A stretch of DNA of 62,871 nt, the filler included, from Stramenopiles sp. TOSAG23-2 (Eukaryota), in assembly GCA_900128395.1 (NCBI GenBank). It is 23 parts of 23 records of this genome, joined end to end, with 100 filler letters (N's around TTAATTAATTAA, not from the genome) between each part and the next. Parts side by side here need not be neighbours in the genome. Positions count along the whole stretch, not along the records: positions 49,359 to 51,984 come from LT651616.1; positions 52,085 to 54,709 come from LT651617.1; positions 54,810 to 57,431 come from LT651618.1; positions 57,532 to 60,151 come from LT651619.1; positions 60,252 to 62,871 come from LT651620.1; 18 more parts are not named here. One strand, 5' to 3'. This document shows, piece by piece, positions 49,608-61,633 of this stretch (positions are counted from its first letter, which is position 1; each line of letters begins with the position of its first letter). The position numbers were made by a program, and so were the translations under genes. Below the pieces are notes generated by a model. That model ran no database searches, was not told the origin of the DNA, and worked only from the letters and a program-made list of their open reading frames with translations.

Positions 49608-50915
49608 TTAATCAAGTGAACCGCTACGACCTCTCATAAAATTACTTCGATTTGAACTATAAGAATTGTTGTCATTATTGTCATTGTTATTATTACTATT
49701 ATCCCTTCGATTTGATGTTGTTACAATATATTGATTTGGTATTTCAGTTCGGCATACCGGACATGTAATATGCGATTCTAGCCATGGGGTAATACAATCG
49801 ACATGAAAATAATGATTGCAAGGAAGTTTTGTAACACCATTTATATTCATATCAATACTTGAAGTAGATGCTGTGCTACTGTTACTCATAGTACGGGAAA
49901 GAGGTATTGGATTTACAGCATTATTGTTGTCATTATTCACATCCTCATCCTCATGTTTAAATTTATTTTGGCATATAACACAACTGATACTACTTGAGGG
50001 AACCTCGGAAGCATCAATTTTGGTGTCTTTCAATTGTTTTAAGTATTCTTCCGACGCACGTCGATTATCAACATTGCCCGTTGATATAAGGCGTGACATT
50101 AAGACTTGCAATCCTTCATTATTATTTACATAATTTCTTGGATCAGATCCGATACCATTCCCATTGCCATCAGGAACTATTCCGCCTAACATCTGTCCAA
50201 TCATTTCACCAATATTAGACAAGTCTATTCCCATAGGTCCGTCATTATCATTGCCATTATCGTCGTCGTCATCGTCACTATCATTTAACATACGTCCAAT
50301 TTGTTGCATAAATCCTTGAGCATTAAAATTAATTCCTCCAGACCTACTAGTACTACTCGCACGTGTGCTACTAGCTCTACTTGTCCTTGTCCTTCTTGGT
50401 CTTTCGTTTCTAGTATGTTCTCCACGTGGAGGTACGACTACGCGTCGTCGATTACTACTACGTCTGTTAGTATTATTATTCCTATTTCTTGATTCGGTTA
50501 TATTATTCACATTTGAAGCTGCGTTTGTGTTTTGCTGTCCTTCTGTAATATTATCGTTTCTTTTATCATACAAGAGACCGCCACCACGGCTACGACGTCT
50601 TCGTCTGTCCTGTTGATTTTGAAAGTCGACAAAAGTCCGCTCTTCCGAAGAGCCTGGTGAAAATGTTTCAAGAAATGCACCACCACAGCGACAACAGTAA
50701 AAACTTGTTCCATCACATGATGTCACTTTCACTACACGCATACATTCATGACAATAACCTTGTCCCATTTTCTCAACTATATTCTTCTTATTTTTTTTAT
50801 CATTATTTGTCAAATAATCATCACCAATTTTAGTTCCATAGTTAAAATTATTATTATGTAAATCTGAGGAAGAATTGATAAATGCTGTTTCCTCATCTAC
50901 AACTAATGATGACAT
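49608..50915 (-). CDS. RING-H2 E3 ubiquitin ligase, RNF126/RNF115-like
   Basis: N-terminal YCHEC...CCRCGGAFLE zinc ribbon. RING CVICQ...LPCNHYFHVDCITPWLESHITCPVCR with an insertion. Confidence 0.88.
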   Translation of the reverse strand: MSSLVVDEETAFINSSSDLHNNNFNYGTKIGDDYLTNNDKKNKKNIVEKMGQGYCHECMRVVKVTSCDGTSFYCCRCGGAFLETFSPGSSEERTFVDFQNQQDRRRRRSRGGGLLYDKRNDNITEGQQNTNAASNVNNITESRNRNNNTNRRSSNRRRVVVPPRGEHTRNERPRRTRTSRASSTRASSTSRSGGINFNAQGFMQQIGRMLNDSDDDDDDNGNDNDGPMGIDLSNIGEMIGQMLGGIVPDGNGNGIGSDPRNYVNNNEGLQVLMSRLISTGNVDNRRASEEYLKQLKDTKIDASEVPSSSISCVICQNKFKHEDEDVNNDNNNAVNPIPLSRTMSNSSTASTSSIDMNINGVTKLPCNHYFHVDCITPWLESHITCPVCRTEIPNQYIVTTSNRRDNSNNNNDNNDNNSYSSNRSNFMRGRSGSLD

Positions 50916-51738
50916 AATTTTTTTCGTTCGTTACTTCTTCCTGTTTTTCTTACTATTATAGTTCCGTGTCATTTAGTAAATTATATAGTTGTGTGTACTT
51001 ATTATAAAGTTTTTAGAGACAATTATGATAATTATATGGTAATACATACTTACGTGTGTAGCTCTAATCTGATGTGATGATTATACGTGTGTCGTCAGAT
51101 TATGTGCTTTTCATCACATGTGTTGCACATCATCATTACAATGATAACAAAATAAATGACGTTTTTGACTAATTTATTAGAAAATGTTTAAAATATGGAA
51201 CTATATCCTCCCATTATTATCCATTATAAGTTTAATTTCAATCTTAATACGGTAATTTAAAACTAATTATATCATTTATTATATATAATTATTACAGTAT
51301 ATACTTACAGTATAATATGATAGGTAAATTATCGAAAATCATGTTCAAAGAATTATTTTGAAAAATTCCATATTTTAAGACTTTTGTAATTTTCTTGCTT
51401 TTGGAGGCCTTTTCGCGAATATATTTCATTATAAAATTTATTTTCGTATGTTTCGAGGCAGTATCCCATTAAATTATTATAAGCTAACACAAGTAATAAC
51501 AAAGCACCAAAGAAGTTAAAAAAAGATGATATTATTTTAGGCCTGCCAGGCCTGTATAAAAATCAACATACATACACACCACAGCTGCTTTTTTATTATT
51601 ATTAATTGAATTAAATTAATAATTATTTCAATTATATACTGTGTATAATTATATAAATAGAGAGATTAAAAAATAGAAACGAACGATGATTCATTTAAAG
51701 TAATCAAAGCTTTGATATTATACATACATATATACAAG

Positions 51739-51929
51739 ATGTCGTATGATAACAGAAATAATAATAACAATCATCGTGATGGTGGGGGGAGGTATAATAA
51801 TTACAATAATAATTACAGGGACAATAATTATAATAGTAATAATAATAACAATAACTACCGACCACAGCAGCAGCAACGAGGTGAATATGACAATAGGAGA
51901 TATGATGATAGACGTGGTGGCGGTAATAG
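51739..51929 (+). CDS. Asn/Arg/Gly/Tyr-rich low-complexity N-terminus of a probable RNA-binding protein (truncated by a chimeric junction)
   Basis: MSYDNRNNNNNHRDGGGRYNN...RRYDDRRGGG. Confidence 0.55.
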
Positions 51930-52084
51930 TGGCAATGATAATGACGGACCTATGGGAATAGACTTGTCTAATATTGGTGAAATGNNNNNNNNNNNNNNNN
52001 NNNNNNNNNNNNNNNNNNNNNNNNNNNNTTAATTAATTAANNNNNNNNNNNNNNNNNNNNNNNNNNNNNNNNNNNNNNNNNNNN

Positions 52085-54709
52085 GAGCGAAATACAGACT
52101 ACCACCAATTCCATTGACTGGTTGGAGTTATGAAGCAGTTAAACTGTGGAACAAGAACAACATTCGAATGCCGCCAAGCTGGAATATAAAAGCACGAGAT
52201 TATCCAACTTTATCTGAAGCTAAGAAGTTGGAGTATGGATTTTCTTTGACTTGCAGCTCCCATCCTGGAATGGGAATGTATGCAACTAGGACTCGTGTGA
52301 GTCATGGGCATGGTTATGAAGTCATATTAAAAAGTGGTGTGGGTCAACGAGCTGTGTATATTCCAGCAACAAAGCGACTTGTAATGTTAGACTCACCAAC
52401 AAATGGTTACAATGTGTCCACACACCACAAACCCCGGGCAAATAACTGCTTGGTTTTGGCCATTAGTAGCATGAAATGTGTACCAAATAATATCATAATG
52501 GTCTATCCAGATCAACCAACAGGAAGCGCAGAATGGAAAAACCATTGGCATTGGTTACTTAATAATAATGGCACAATCTCAACTAATGGTGATCCTAATA
52601 TTGTGCTCGGTGTAAAAAACGGGAAGGTTACGTTGGTTCATAAGAGTGACAAGGGTTCAGCAATTGTCTTTCAAGCTTTGGGTGGTCCACAATATGATAT
52701 TGAAGCGCCAGCACCACAAAAATATGAGATAACTAGCGGCGCCGACACATCCCTAAACAACAAATTGAACATAAGAAAGAAATTTGCAACTATTGATCAA
52801 TTGAACGGGTCCAACACTGCTAGTAAGCTTTACAATGATCTAAGCGCATCTTTAGAAACTGCTGACGCTCTTGAGATCAATAAATTGGACCCATTGCGAT
52901 TTGAAGTCCAAGAAGAAATGTTTCATATAGCAAAAAAAGCTTTGGATCAATTTGAAACAGAAGCTACAATAGCATTAGGTAATGAAGACGCCGATGAAGA
53001 TGATGCATCATGTTATCTATTACTACAACGATATGAAACAATAATTGGATATGTTGTACATGTCAGCAAATCTCTCAATACTGGCGTTCCAATGAAAACT
53101 TATAGTAGACAGGAAGTGAAAGATAAGCTTGTCATGAAAATCATTTCACATATTTTAGATTCATGCAAGGACTTTGTGACTGCATCTGGGAAAGATGGAT
53201 TGGAAGGAATTGCTGCATCAGAGTTGGTAGAAACAAAAATATATCGTGAAGAGAAAAAAAAGGAAGAAAAGAAAAATGACAAATGGTTGGTGTATCAAGG
53301 ATTTGAACAGAGAATGAACTATGATGGTCATAATAACAATGCAAAAAAATTTAATGCAAATATGGTATCAATTTTAAGTGAACATGAGGCCCAATTTGTT
53401 AGAAACCAAGTCGCTAAACACAGAGAATTTTTATTGGGTGCCTATAGAATCGGTGGCGGAAATGGTAAAGGTCCTCGTCATTGGAAATGGACAGATGGTT
53501 CACCATGGAAATTTGAAAAGTGGAGCCCACGTGAACCAAATAATCATGGTGGAAGAGAAAATAGGGTACATCAATTTGGACACAATGGTATGTGGAATGA
53601 TATTTACCAAGGGCATGCAACTTGTTCTGTATATAAACGAAAGGTGCAACAAACAACGAAGAAGAAGAATGAAAAAGGTGGTTCTACACCGAATTTAGAC
53701 AAAACTGGTAGATTGGATCGGGATACAATCCGTGCATTAAAAAAATACCTTTTCTTCTGTGGTGAAAATCCTGGAAATATTAATAATGATAAATTTGATG
53801 GTGTTGCGGAGCAAGCATTAATAATATTTTTAGCAAAAACAGGTTGTTTTGGTTTTGGCTCTATATTTGATTGCATAAAAGTATTTTTAAAAGATCAAGG
53901 TTTTAATGTTACTGCTGAAAATGAGAGGAAAAACTCGGAAAACAAATATCATTCTCAAATGTCTGGCAAAGCATGTTATATTCCCTCAAATGCATTGCAA
54001 AATTTTCTTGCTTCCCCTGTTGCTGATATCAATCCATTTGATCCTCCTGAAATATTAAAATGCACATTGCCATTTGACCAAATGGATTCAGATGGTTTAT
54101 GTGTTGGTGATGGGTATTATTTTCCAATGGGAAAATCTGGCAATAAAACAATATGGCGTGGAAATAATTTCAGTGCATTTAAATATGATGCAGAGGAAAA
54201 GGAATGGAATTGGATAAATTGGGAAAATGAAGTCATGTGTACTAAAAATTCAGCTAGTAATTATCCACCGTTGTACGGATGGCGTAATGCTCGAAGCCAA
54301 AATGATGACACGACAACTGATTATGCAAAACATGCTGTCTTGACGTATATGGAAGTTGCAGGAGCAAATACATTAAAAGAATATGAGGAGCAATCAACAG
54401 TAACGCGTGTATTTAAGTCAATTGATGATGCAGAAGCATTAGCAACCAAGTTTAAGGCGAACGTACCAAATGAACTTAAAGAACGCATTAAAAAAGTTCG
54501 ACATGCGATTGTTGAAGTTGTATTGCGTGTTGCTACGGATAGTGGTGATAAATCTATTTTAAATGGTGCATTACAACTGGCTAGGAAAGAAAAATTGCCA
54601 AATGATTCCAAAGCATTAAGGAATGCGACAAATATTCAAGTTGCAATTAAAGTTGGTGCAGTAAAGATGGAATTGAAACGGCAGCCAACCATAAATATCA
54701 ACGTCTTTA
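52085..54709 (+). CDS. Multidomain protein: ricin-B-like region, C-type lectin-like domain, peptidoglycan-binding-like helices (both ends truncated)
   Basis: WKWTDGSPWKFEKWSPREPNNHGGREN...WNDI (C-type lectin); WHWLLNNNGTISTNGDPNIVLGV; TGRLDRDTIRALKKYL...G..PGNI...DG..EQALIIFL. Confidence 0.7.
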
Positions 54710-54927
54710 NNNNNNNNNNNNNNNNNNNNNNNNNNNNNNNNNNNNNNNNNNNNTTAATTAATTAANNNNNNNNNNNNNNNNNNNNNNNNNNNNNNNNNNN
54801 NNNNNNNNNAAATTGAAAAAAGTAATACCAGCAACAAGCTACAATAGCAGTACAACAAAACGAGACACATTCTTATGCATACGCGACACCTCACCCTCTG
54901 TGTTATGTCATATAACACACACTTCTC

Positions 54928-57036
54928 TCAATCATCATCTGAATCAACTAAATATGATTTCCACAATTCACTTAAATTCGTTTTATTTGGATCTACTTTT
55001 ATTGCTATTTTTTTTTTATTATTATTAGCATTATTATCATTGCCATTGACTAACCATGATGTTACATTGGTAGTATTTGTACCACGACGCTTACGTGCTT
55101 GTCCAATTTTTATTTTTTGCTCTTCCGTAAATCCTAATATATTCGACATCAATGTTAAAATTTCAGAATTAAATTGTTGCGAACGATCCAAATATGTAGT
55201 TAATAATTTATTTACCAAACGCCTATCAACTAATTCTTCATCTTGGCTTAAACTTAAATTCTCAGCTGCACGATCCAATGCCCGTTTTAACTTGGCATGT
55301 TCAACAAATGTTTTTGTTAAAGTAGCTTCTTTTTCTTTCAATCGTTCTGTTAATATTCTATTTTGTTCTGATACACTGTTAAATTTGTCTTTCCATAACT
55401 TCTCTGCATTTCGATATTGTTTCGTACTAGTTTCTATTTCATTTTTTGTTATATCCTGTATCCTGGAAATTTCATTTGCACATTTTAACTTAGTTTCGGA
55501 TAATTCCTCACTGAAGCCTTCTAAAACACCACGTAAATTATCCAATTCTTCATTTGCACGAATCAAATCCTCTGTTTTCATATTTAAATCAGCTTTACAA
55601 CTTGATAGATCAGCTTCTATCGTATGGTATTTTTGCTCCGTTATTTCTAACGAGGATACGCGTTCTTGCAATGTCAATATTTCATCATTAGTAGAGGTGA
55701 AATTTTCATTGTTAATTTGCTTTGTGTTATCCAGCTCTTGCCTTGCACGTCGTAATTCTTTTCCATAATTTTCTGCCCTACCTTTAGCTTCCACCGTATC
55801 ACGTTCTTTTTCTATTAAAGTATTTTGTAAATTTTCAATCTCCACTTTTAATTCATCAATGCGTTGATTTGAACGTGATAATTGTTGATTCAATGCTTTT
55901 TCAGTTTCCATTTTCTTTAAAACTTTAGCGTTTAAACGCTGTACTTGGCTTCCCAATGTATCTACAAGTGCTTCTGCATCCGCACACCGATTTGCCATAC
56001 GTTCTTGTGCAATAATAGCTGTTTTTGCGGTTTCCTCTGCATGCTTTAATTTTTGTTTTGTTAATGGTGGAGAATTAGGGGTAGTTGATACATTTTGTTG
56101 TAAAGGTGGAGGTTGATAAATAATTTTTTTTTGGACAACGGTTTCTTTAACAGATGTTGGTTGTTTTGGCTGATGAGTATCAATTTTTTCATTAACGACG
56201 GCGGGACGTTTAGATATCGATGATGGAGGATTTGATTCTTGATGTACTATATTATTTTGCTTGTTGTTGTAATTATTATTATTATTATTATTATTATTGA
56301 CAGATGGTGACGAAATATATTCCATATTTTTCTTTGTTGATTTTTCATTATTACTAAATTTTTTAGCATTTATCGTTTCTGTCTTGGTTGATATGACCTG
56401 ATCTTCCTTGTTATAATTATTATTTGATGAAAGTTTAGATGAATTTACAGATTCTGGTATTGATATTTCTTTTGATGGCGCTGGTAATAATGGGATTGTA
56501 TCATTATTTTCAATATTATTTTCAGTTTCTTTGATTGATATATTTTTACCATAATAATCTTTTTCCTCCTCTTTTATTATTACATTTTTTGTATTATCTC
56601 CAGAAATACGAGTATCGTTGTTCTTCTTCTTCTTATTATTATTATGAGCGTCATTATTTGATGTTGATTTTGATTCATCGACATCTTTGACTACTACTAA
56701 AGGTGGGGTTTGGGGTTGTACAGTCTCATTATTATGAATGTTTTCTTTCTTTACTTTATTGGAACGAACTTTGGTTAAATCAGTATCTAAAGAAGAAATT
56801 GCTTCTTCAAATTTGGTCATGACAGATAACAATTTCTTTTCCTTTTGTCGAAGTTCTAATTCATTTTCTACTGCTTCTGCCTCATCTAACAAATAATCTG
56901 AATCTTCATCACTGAAACTTCGTTCCTCACCGTCAGAATAATATTCTTCCTCAGAATCAAGCAACGGTGCAATATTTTCTACAATAGCATCATTTGCTTT
57001 TTCAGCCATTTCAGTTAACCGACCCCATAATGACAT
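54928..57036 (-). CDS. Golgin with a C-terminal GRAB domain (GMAP-210/Rud3-like)
   Basis: Coiled coil, then VDRRLVNKLLTTYL...EILTLMSNILGFTEEQK and LSELWKSYL. Confidence 0.82.
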   Translation of the reverse strand: MSLWGRLTEMAEKANDAIVENIAPLLDSEEEYYSDGEERSFSDEDSDYLLDEAEAVENELELRQKEKKLLSVMTKFEEAISSLDTDLTKVRSNKVKKENIHNNETVQPQTPPLVVVKDVDESKSTSNNDAHNNNKKKKNNDTRISGDNTKNVIIKEEEKDYYGKNISIKETENNIENNDTIPLLPAPSKEISIPESVNSSKLSSNNNYNKEDQVISTKTETINAKKFSNNEKSTKKNMEYISSPSVNNNNNNNNNYNNKQNNIVHQESNPPSSISKRPAVVNEKIDTHQPKQPTSVKETVVQKKIIYQPPPLQQNVSTTPNSPPLTKQKLKHAEETAKTAIIAQERMANRCADAEALVDTLGSQVQRLNAKVLKKMETEKALNQQLSRSNQRIDELKVEIENLQNTLIEKERDTVEAKGRAENYGKELRRARQELDNTKQINNENFTSTNDEILTLQERVSSLEITEQKYHTIEADLSSCKADLNMKTEDLIRANEELDNLRGVLEGFSEELSETKLKCANEISRIQDITKNEIETSTKQYRNAEKLWKDKFNSVSEQNRILTERLKEKEATLTKTFVEHAKLKRALDRAAENLSLSQDEELVDRRLVNKLLTTYLDRSQQFNSEILTLMSNILGFTEEQKIKIGQARKRRGTNTTNVTSWLVNGNDNNANNNKKKIAIKVDPNKTNLSELWKSYLVDSDDD

Positions 57037-57044
57037 GACGGTGT

Positions 57045-57191
57045 AGTGGTGGTGATACTGTTACTCTTATTTTACCCTCTATTGATAGTGGTGGTGGTGG
57101 TGATACTGTTATAATCCTTTTTTTTTCTCTTCTATTGATAGTGGTGATGGTTGTGGTGATACTGTTGGTGTTATTTTTCTCTTGTATTGAT
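57045..57191. repeat. Three degenerate tandem units of about 41-54 bp upstream of the golgin start
   Basis: TAGTGGTG(GTG)nATACTGTT...TATTGA occurs three times. Confidence 0.7.
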
Positions 57192-57531
57192 ATGAAAGAC
57201 ATCAGTGAAAAATATATCTAGAATAATAATAAATATTTAAATACAACAAGTAACAACAAGTTCTGGTTGCCAGGGTGTTGCTTCTTTGTGCCTACTATTT
57301 TAATAATAATAAAACGTCACATCTCTATAGATTGTATTGTTGTAGTGTTATGTAGTATTCTGGTATTGTATTTTAGTAGTTGCTACTTGATAGAAATATA
57401 ATTAAATACACTACACGTATAACAAAATTCANNNNNNNNNNNNNNNNNNNNNNNNNNNNNNNNNNNNNNNNNNNNTTAATTAATTAANNNNNNNNNNNNN
57501 NNNNNNNNNNNNNNNNNNNNNNNNNNNNNNN

Positions 57532-60151
57532 GTACCTAACGGCGGTAAAAGGTTTCGTACGTTATCTAATGTGAATCCTAAGTAGTGTTCTATGATCAAA
57601 GTGTCTGCATCCGTTGAATCCATTGTTGATGCATCAAGCGCCATAAAGATTCCTTTTGTATTTGTTAGCATAAGACTACCAAGTTCCATGACAGTTTTTT
57701 TTTTTACCGTATAGTCTTCATAGGTTGGTACATGCGCAGTCTTGTCTACATGTAGTGCTATGTCAATTAATCCTGTACTAAGTTGCCTTAAAATGCCTAC
57801 AGTTCCCGCCCCTTCTAAATACGTAACAATGCAATTGTATTGAAGTATTTCAGTTGCGATGATTTTGAATATTTCCGAAGCCATAGAAGATGGCAGATCA
57901 TTTTTCATCACTCCAATTGTTAATGTTGGTTTTCTCGTATCAACTGCATATTTAGCCCATCGTTCTGTGTTTTCATTCAACCATTTGCAAGCTGCGTCTC
58001 GGATGTTTCCTGGTGCATACCCACCTACACTTTGATATGCAGACATGAAGGCCAATGCATTATGTTGATTAAAACGCACTTCATCTATAAAGGTAGCAGC
58101 ATCCTGAAACCAGGCTTCTTTCAAAAGCTTTGTATTGACTGCTACCCATACCGTCGTTGGTTTCCAATCACATAATTGTCCATCGGGATGGCTCCACAGT
58201 TCATCGCTATATGGTGGTAAAGCAATTCTTGTGATGGGTTGTGTGGAAAAAAAAAGGATCGGGCTCCCAGCCATACATCAACGCAACCTTATTTGGGTTG
58301 CTCATTATTTTAGTAGTTTCCGTCCAATTATTAGTAAAAGCCATTGAAAAATTCAATCCCAATTGTTTAATTTGCGATAAAACTACCTTTGTTGATTGAT
58401 ATGCAACATTGTCCATAATAAACTCTGGACAATTTGTTAAATCGCCCTTGCAAGAGGGTGAAGACCAAATTTTTGTATTTTCATCGCAATTCGGTTTCAA
58501 CAGATCATAGGCACTTATTGTTTCTGCAACCACACATCCTTCGTCCCTTTGATTTTTTGTTGATTTCGCTTCGCGCATTAACTTTAAAATATCATTGCTT
58601 TTATATGACCGAAATAAATCCAACGGTTTATCTGCAAGATGCAATGCGGGTGTATTTACGTACCATCCTTCTGCAGCGGTGAATCCTGTCTCGTGCAAGT
58701 TCGTGACCTCTCGTGGAACATAAGTTTCTTGCCACATTTCCATATTATAATCTACGCCTTTTCCTGGGCCATGATCTGTAGCCAATGCAGACATTGCAGT
58801 CAGAATTTGCCTTTTCGTCAACAAATCACCACCTACAGCTTCAATTTTATAGCCCAACATTTCCTTTAATACAATTGCTACTACTTCATTTTCAATATCA
58901 GCTGAAGCCCAGTGCTGTGTCGGATAATATACAGTATCGTCCCTGGACACAACAGGTTGGTAATCCTTTAAACATCTATCGCTATTATCAAGATTTTTGG
59001 GAAATGTTGTATATTTCCTACACAAAAAGGATTGCCACGAAAGTTTGGACATAAAGTACATTGCTCACACAAAAAACATGTTGAGCCATTTTTTTTTATC
59101 ATACTATATACCGAATCTTCGTCACATAAAGTAGCCTTACCGGGGCATGGGTACACCATTGGTCGGAAAGCTATATCTATAGGAGCGACACATGCATCTA
59201 CAAATGGAATTCTCTCGTCATTGTTACTGGATACATCACTGGTCACGGTTTCAGGAGGTGGTGGGAGTATTTGAGACGCTGAGGGTACCCTACCATTGTT
59301 TCTGCGATTTTCATCAAACGTGATACGGCCATATACACTTGTTGGAATCGTCAATGTTTCCAATTGCCTACGAGTAAATTCATATTGGTCCTCACTACCA
59401 CTTTTTCTTGACAAATACGTTTCTTCAATATCATTAATATTTTGATCTCCTAAATCAATATTTTGAAAAATACGTCTAACCAGTTTTGAAATTACATATG
59501 GCACTACGTAACCAGCAACAGCATTATAATTCGTGGATATTCCATATTTTTCCTTGATAAAATCAATGATTTTCTGCCCGTTCTCGAAAAATTCATCGCC
59601 GTAAGGCATGCTTTTATGCCATTGACCTGCACCAAATGCATAGTTATAGTTATCAGATGAAATTATCAAATCTGCACTCCATGCAGCACAAGTCATCCAC
59701 AATCCTTTTGGTTGGCAATATCCCATGGCTCTCCATTTGTCGATCATGATTTTTGCTTCCTCGTGATGAATGCAAAGTAAATATACATCAGCCTGAGAAT
59801 CACAAATTGTTTTCGCAATATTTTCAATGTAATTTTTATCTGATTTTTTAGCTGGATCATACATTATTCTGTTCATTACAGATTTCAATCCCAATATTTT
59901 AGTCGCATATTTTAAACCTTCATCGCATGTTGTATTGAAAAATGCACTTGATTCTCTACCAGCAGCAGCAATTGTTTTAGCACCTGTCTGTTGAAAATGT
60001 TTCAAAGGTGGAAAGGAATACTTGTAAGATGACAAGTGTATTCCAAATAAATATGGATTGTTTGTTTCTGTGTAGAAATAATCTGGACCAGAATGCATAA
60101 AATTAATGATTTTATGTGTTAAAATAATTTCTCTTTCTAGATCATTATTTG
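57532..60151 (-). CDS. Receptor-like ectodomain: type-1 solute-binding domain plus at least two glycine-betaine-binding (OpuAC-like) domains; two frameshifts (about 59000-59060 and the run at 58247-58255); truncated
   Basis: GAKTIAA..SSAFFNTTC, ADVYLLC, GAGQWHKSM, SVYGRITFDEN; WASADIENEVVAIVLKEMLGY, MEMW, GWYV, YGWEPD, IALPPY, AACKWLNEN; the next unit begins MASEIFKIIATEILQY. Confidence 0.7.
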
Positions 60152-60294
60152 NNNNNNNNNNNNNNNNNNNNNNNNNNNNNNNNNNNNNNNNNNNNTTAAT
60201 TAATTAANNNNNNNNNNNNNNNNNNNNNNNNNNNNNNNNNNNNNNNNNNNNTCTTACTATTATTAGTCGGTACGGTCATTCTATCACGTTGTAA

Positions 60295-60594
60295 CATATT
60301 CTTACTGCTAAGGGCGAAGGTGTTGAAAAATTACGTGCAGAGTTGACCAAAATCATCAACAAGCAATACAAAAAGCTTGAAGTACGTGAAATCAAGGAAG
60401 AAGAACATGGAAATTTAAGAGATAATAATAAGAATGCAATGAAGAAGAAATCACCTTGGAGTGCGAAACAAGTTAAAAAATGCACGAATAAAGGTGGTAT
60501 GTGTTTAAATAAAAAAATTGACAAATGCAATGATGGTACATTTAAAAGTAATTTATGTCCTGGTGATTGGAGATGGAAATGTTGTATTCCATAA
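60295..60594 (+). CDS. C-terminal fragment ending in a six-Cys beta-defensin-like module
   Basis: CTNKGGMCLNKKIDKCNDGTFKSNLCPGDWRWKCCIP*. Confidence 0.6.
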   Translation, partial: HILTAKGEGVEKLRAELTKIINKQYKKLEVREIKEEEHGNLRDNNKNAMKKKSPWSAKQVKKCTNKGGMCLNKKIDKCNDGTFKSNLCPGDWRWKCCIP

Positions 60595-61633
60595 AAGAGG
60601 GAGGATATTGACATTTGTATTGTAGCGTTTGGTATGATCATATATATATATTGATATAATATAATATTATATATATACTGCTGTATATATAAAAATATCA
60701 GTATATATTTAAGAATCAAAATGTTCCACACGCAAAGCTCTGATGGTATGATATTTTGTGTCGTGTAAAGAGTGGTGTGGTATGATAAAAATAAAAATAA
60801 AATTTTAACGAAGAAAAAATTTTAAAAAATTACGTACATACGAAACTTAGCGTGTTAAATCTCCTCTCTATATAATTATATTTGGGTTACACGCTCTTGT
60901 TCACCAGTTCACCTCTTCTCTCTTCTTTTTCTTTCTTGTGAAAATGTTACGATCGCATTCGTAAAATATTTTACCGTATAAAATATGTACAACGTGTATG
61001 ATATGCCGCCTACATAATAAGAAATATGATATAAGGATATATCATAAATATTAATATTTGACGAATATTTATCCATATCATAATGATACATGTACGTTCG
61101 TAATAATTATTTTTATATTTTGTTAGTGGTGTGTATTTTATGATAAACATATAATTATGTAGATGTGTGTGTGTGTGTGTGTGTGTTTGTATGATTATTG
61201 CAAAAAGAGATGTTTCCCATACACTCTTTAAAACGGAATGGCAACCAAACATCGTGTACAAAAGTCAAAATGACAGCTAAGAAAACCTCGGCTATTAAAT
61301 AACCAATGCGGGTGCTCGCGTAAATATTAAAATATATATAAATACAATACCATTCCCAAAAAGTGTGCGTATAAGGAGACCGATATGAAAAAGAGGATAA
61401 AAATTTCACTAATGCCGCGCAAACAGATTAATTACTCTTTATAACATTTATCTACGATAACATTTTTTATAGCACGCCTCGTCAACAGTTATATGTGTAT
61501 ATATATGTACATAATAAAAATAATTATGTCGAATATAACTGCTAATCGTATGTGTTTTTGTATTTGAAATAAGATATGTATATAAAATGTCATAATTCTA
61601 TTATTACATACCTTGTGATGATTACATTAATGT

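Noticed and set aside
54875..55768. 297-aa + strand ORF and many other short antisense ORFs
   Set aside because: Shadow frames opposite real genes, with no recognisable motifs.
57045..57191. Repeat-spacer pattern resembling a CRISPR array
   Set aside because: Only three degenerate units, GTG-based, with mutually similar spacers, no cas genes, and a eukaryotic context.
2660..60251. Regularly spaced TTAATTAATTAA motif every 2.7 kb
   Set aside because: Artificial six-frame-stop linker inside N runs, not biological.
60292..60294. In-frame TAA as a sign of a reassigned stop codon
   Set aside because: Many intact genes here end in TAA or TGA, and long ORFs are open under the standard code.
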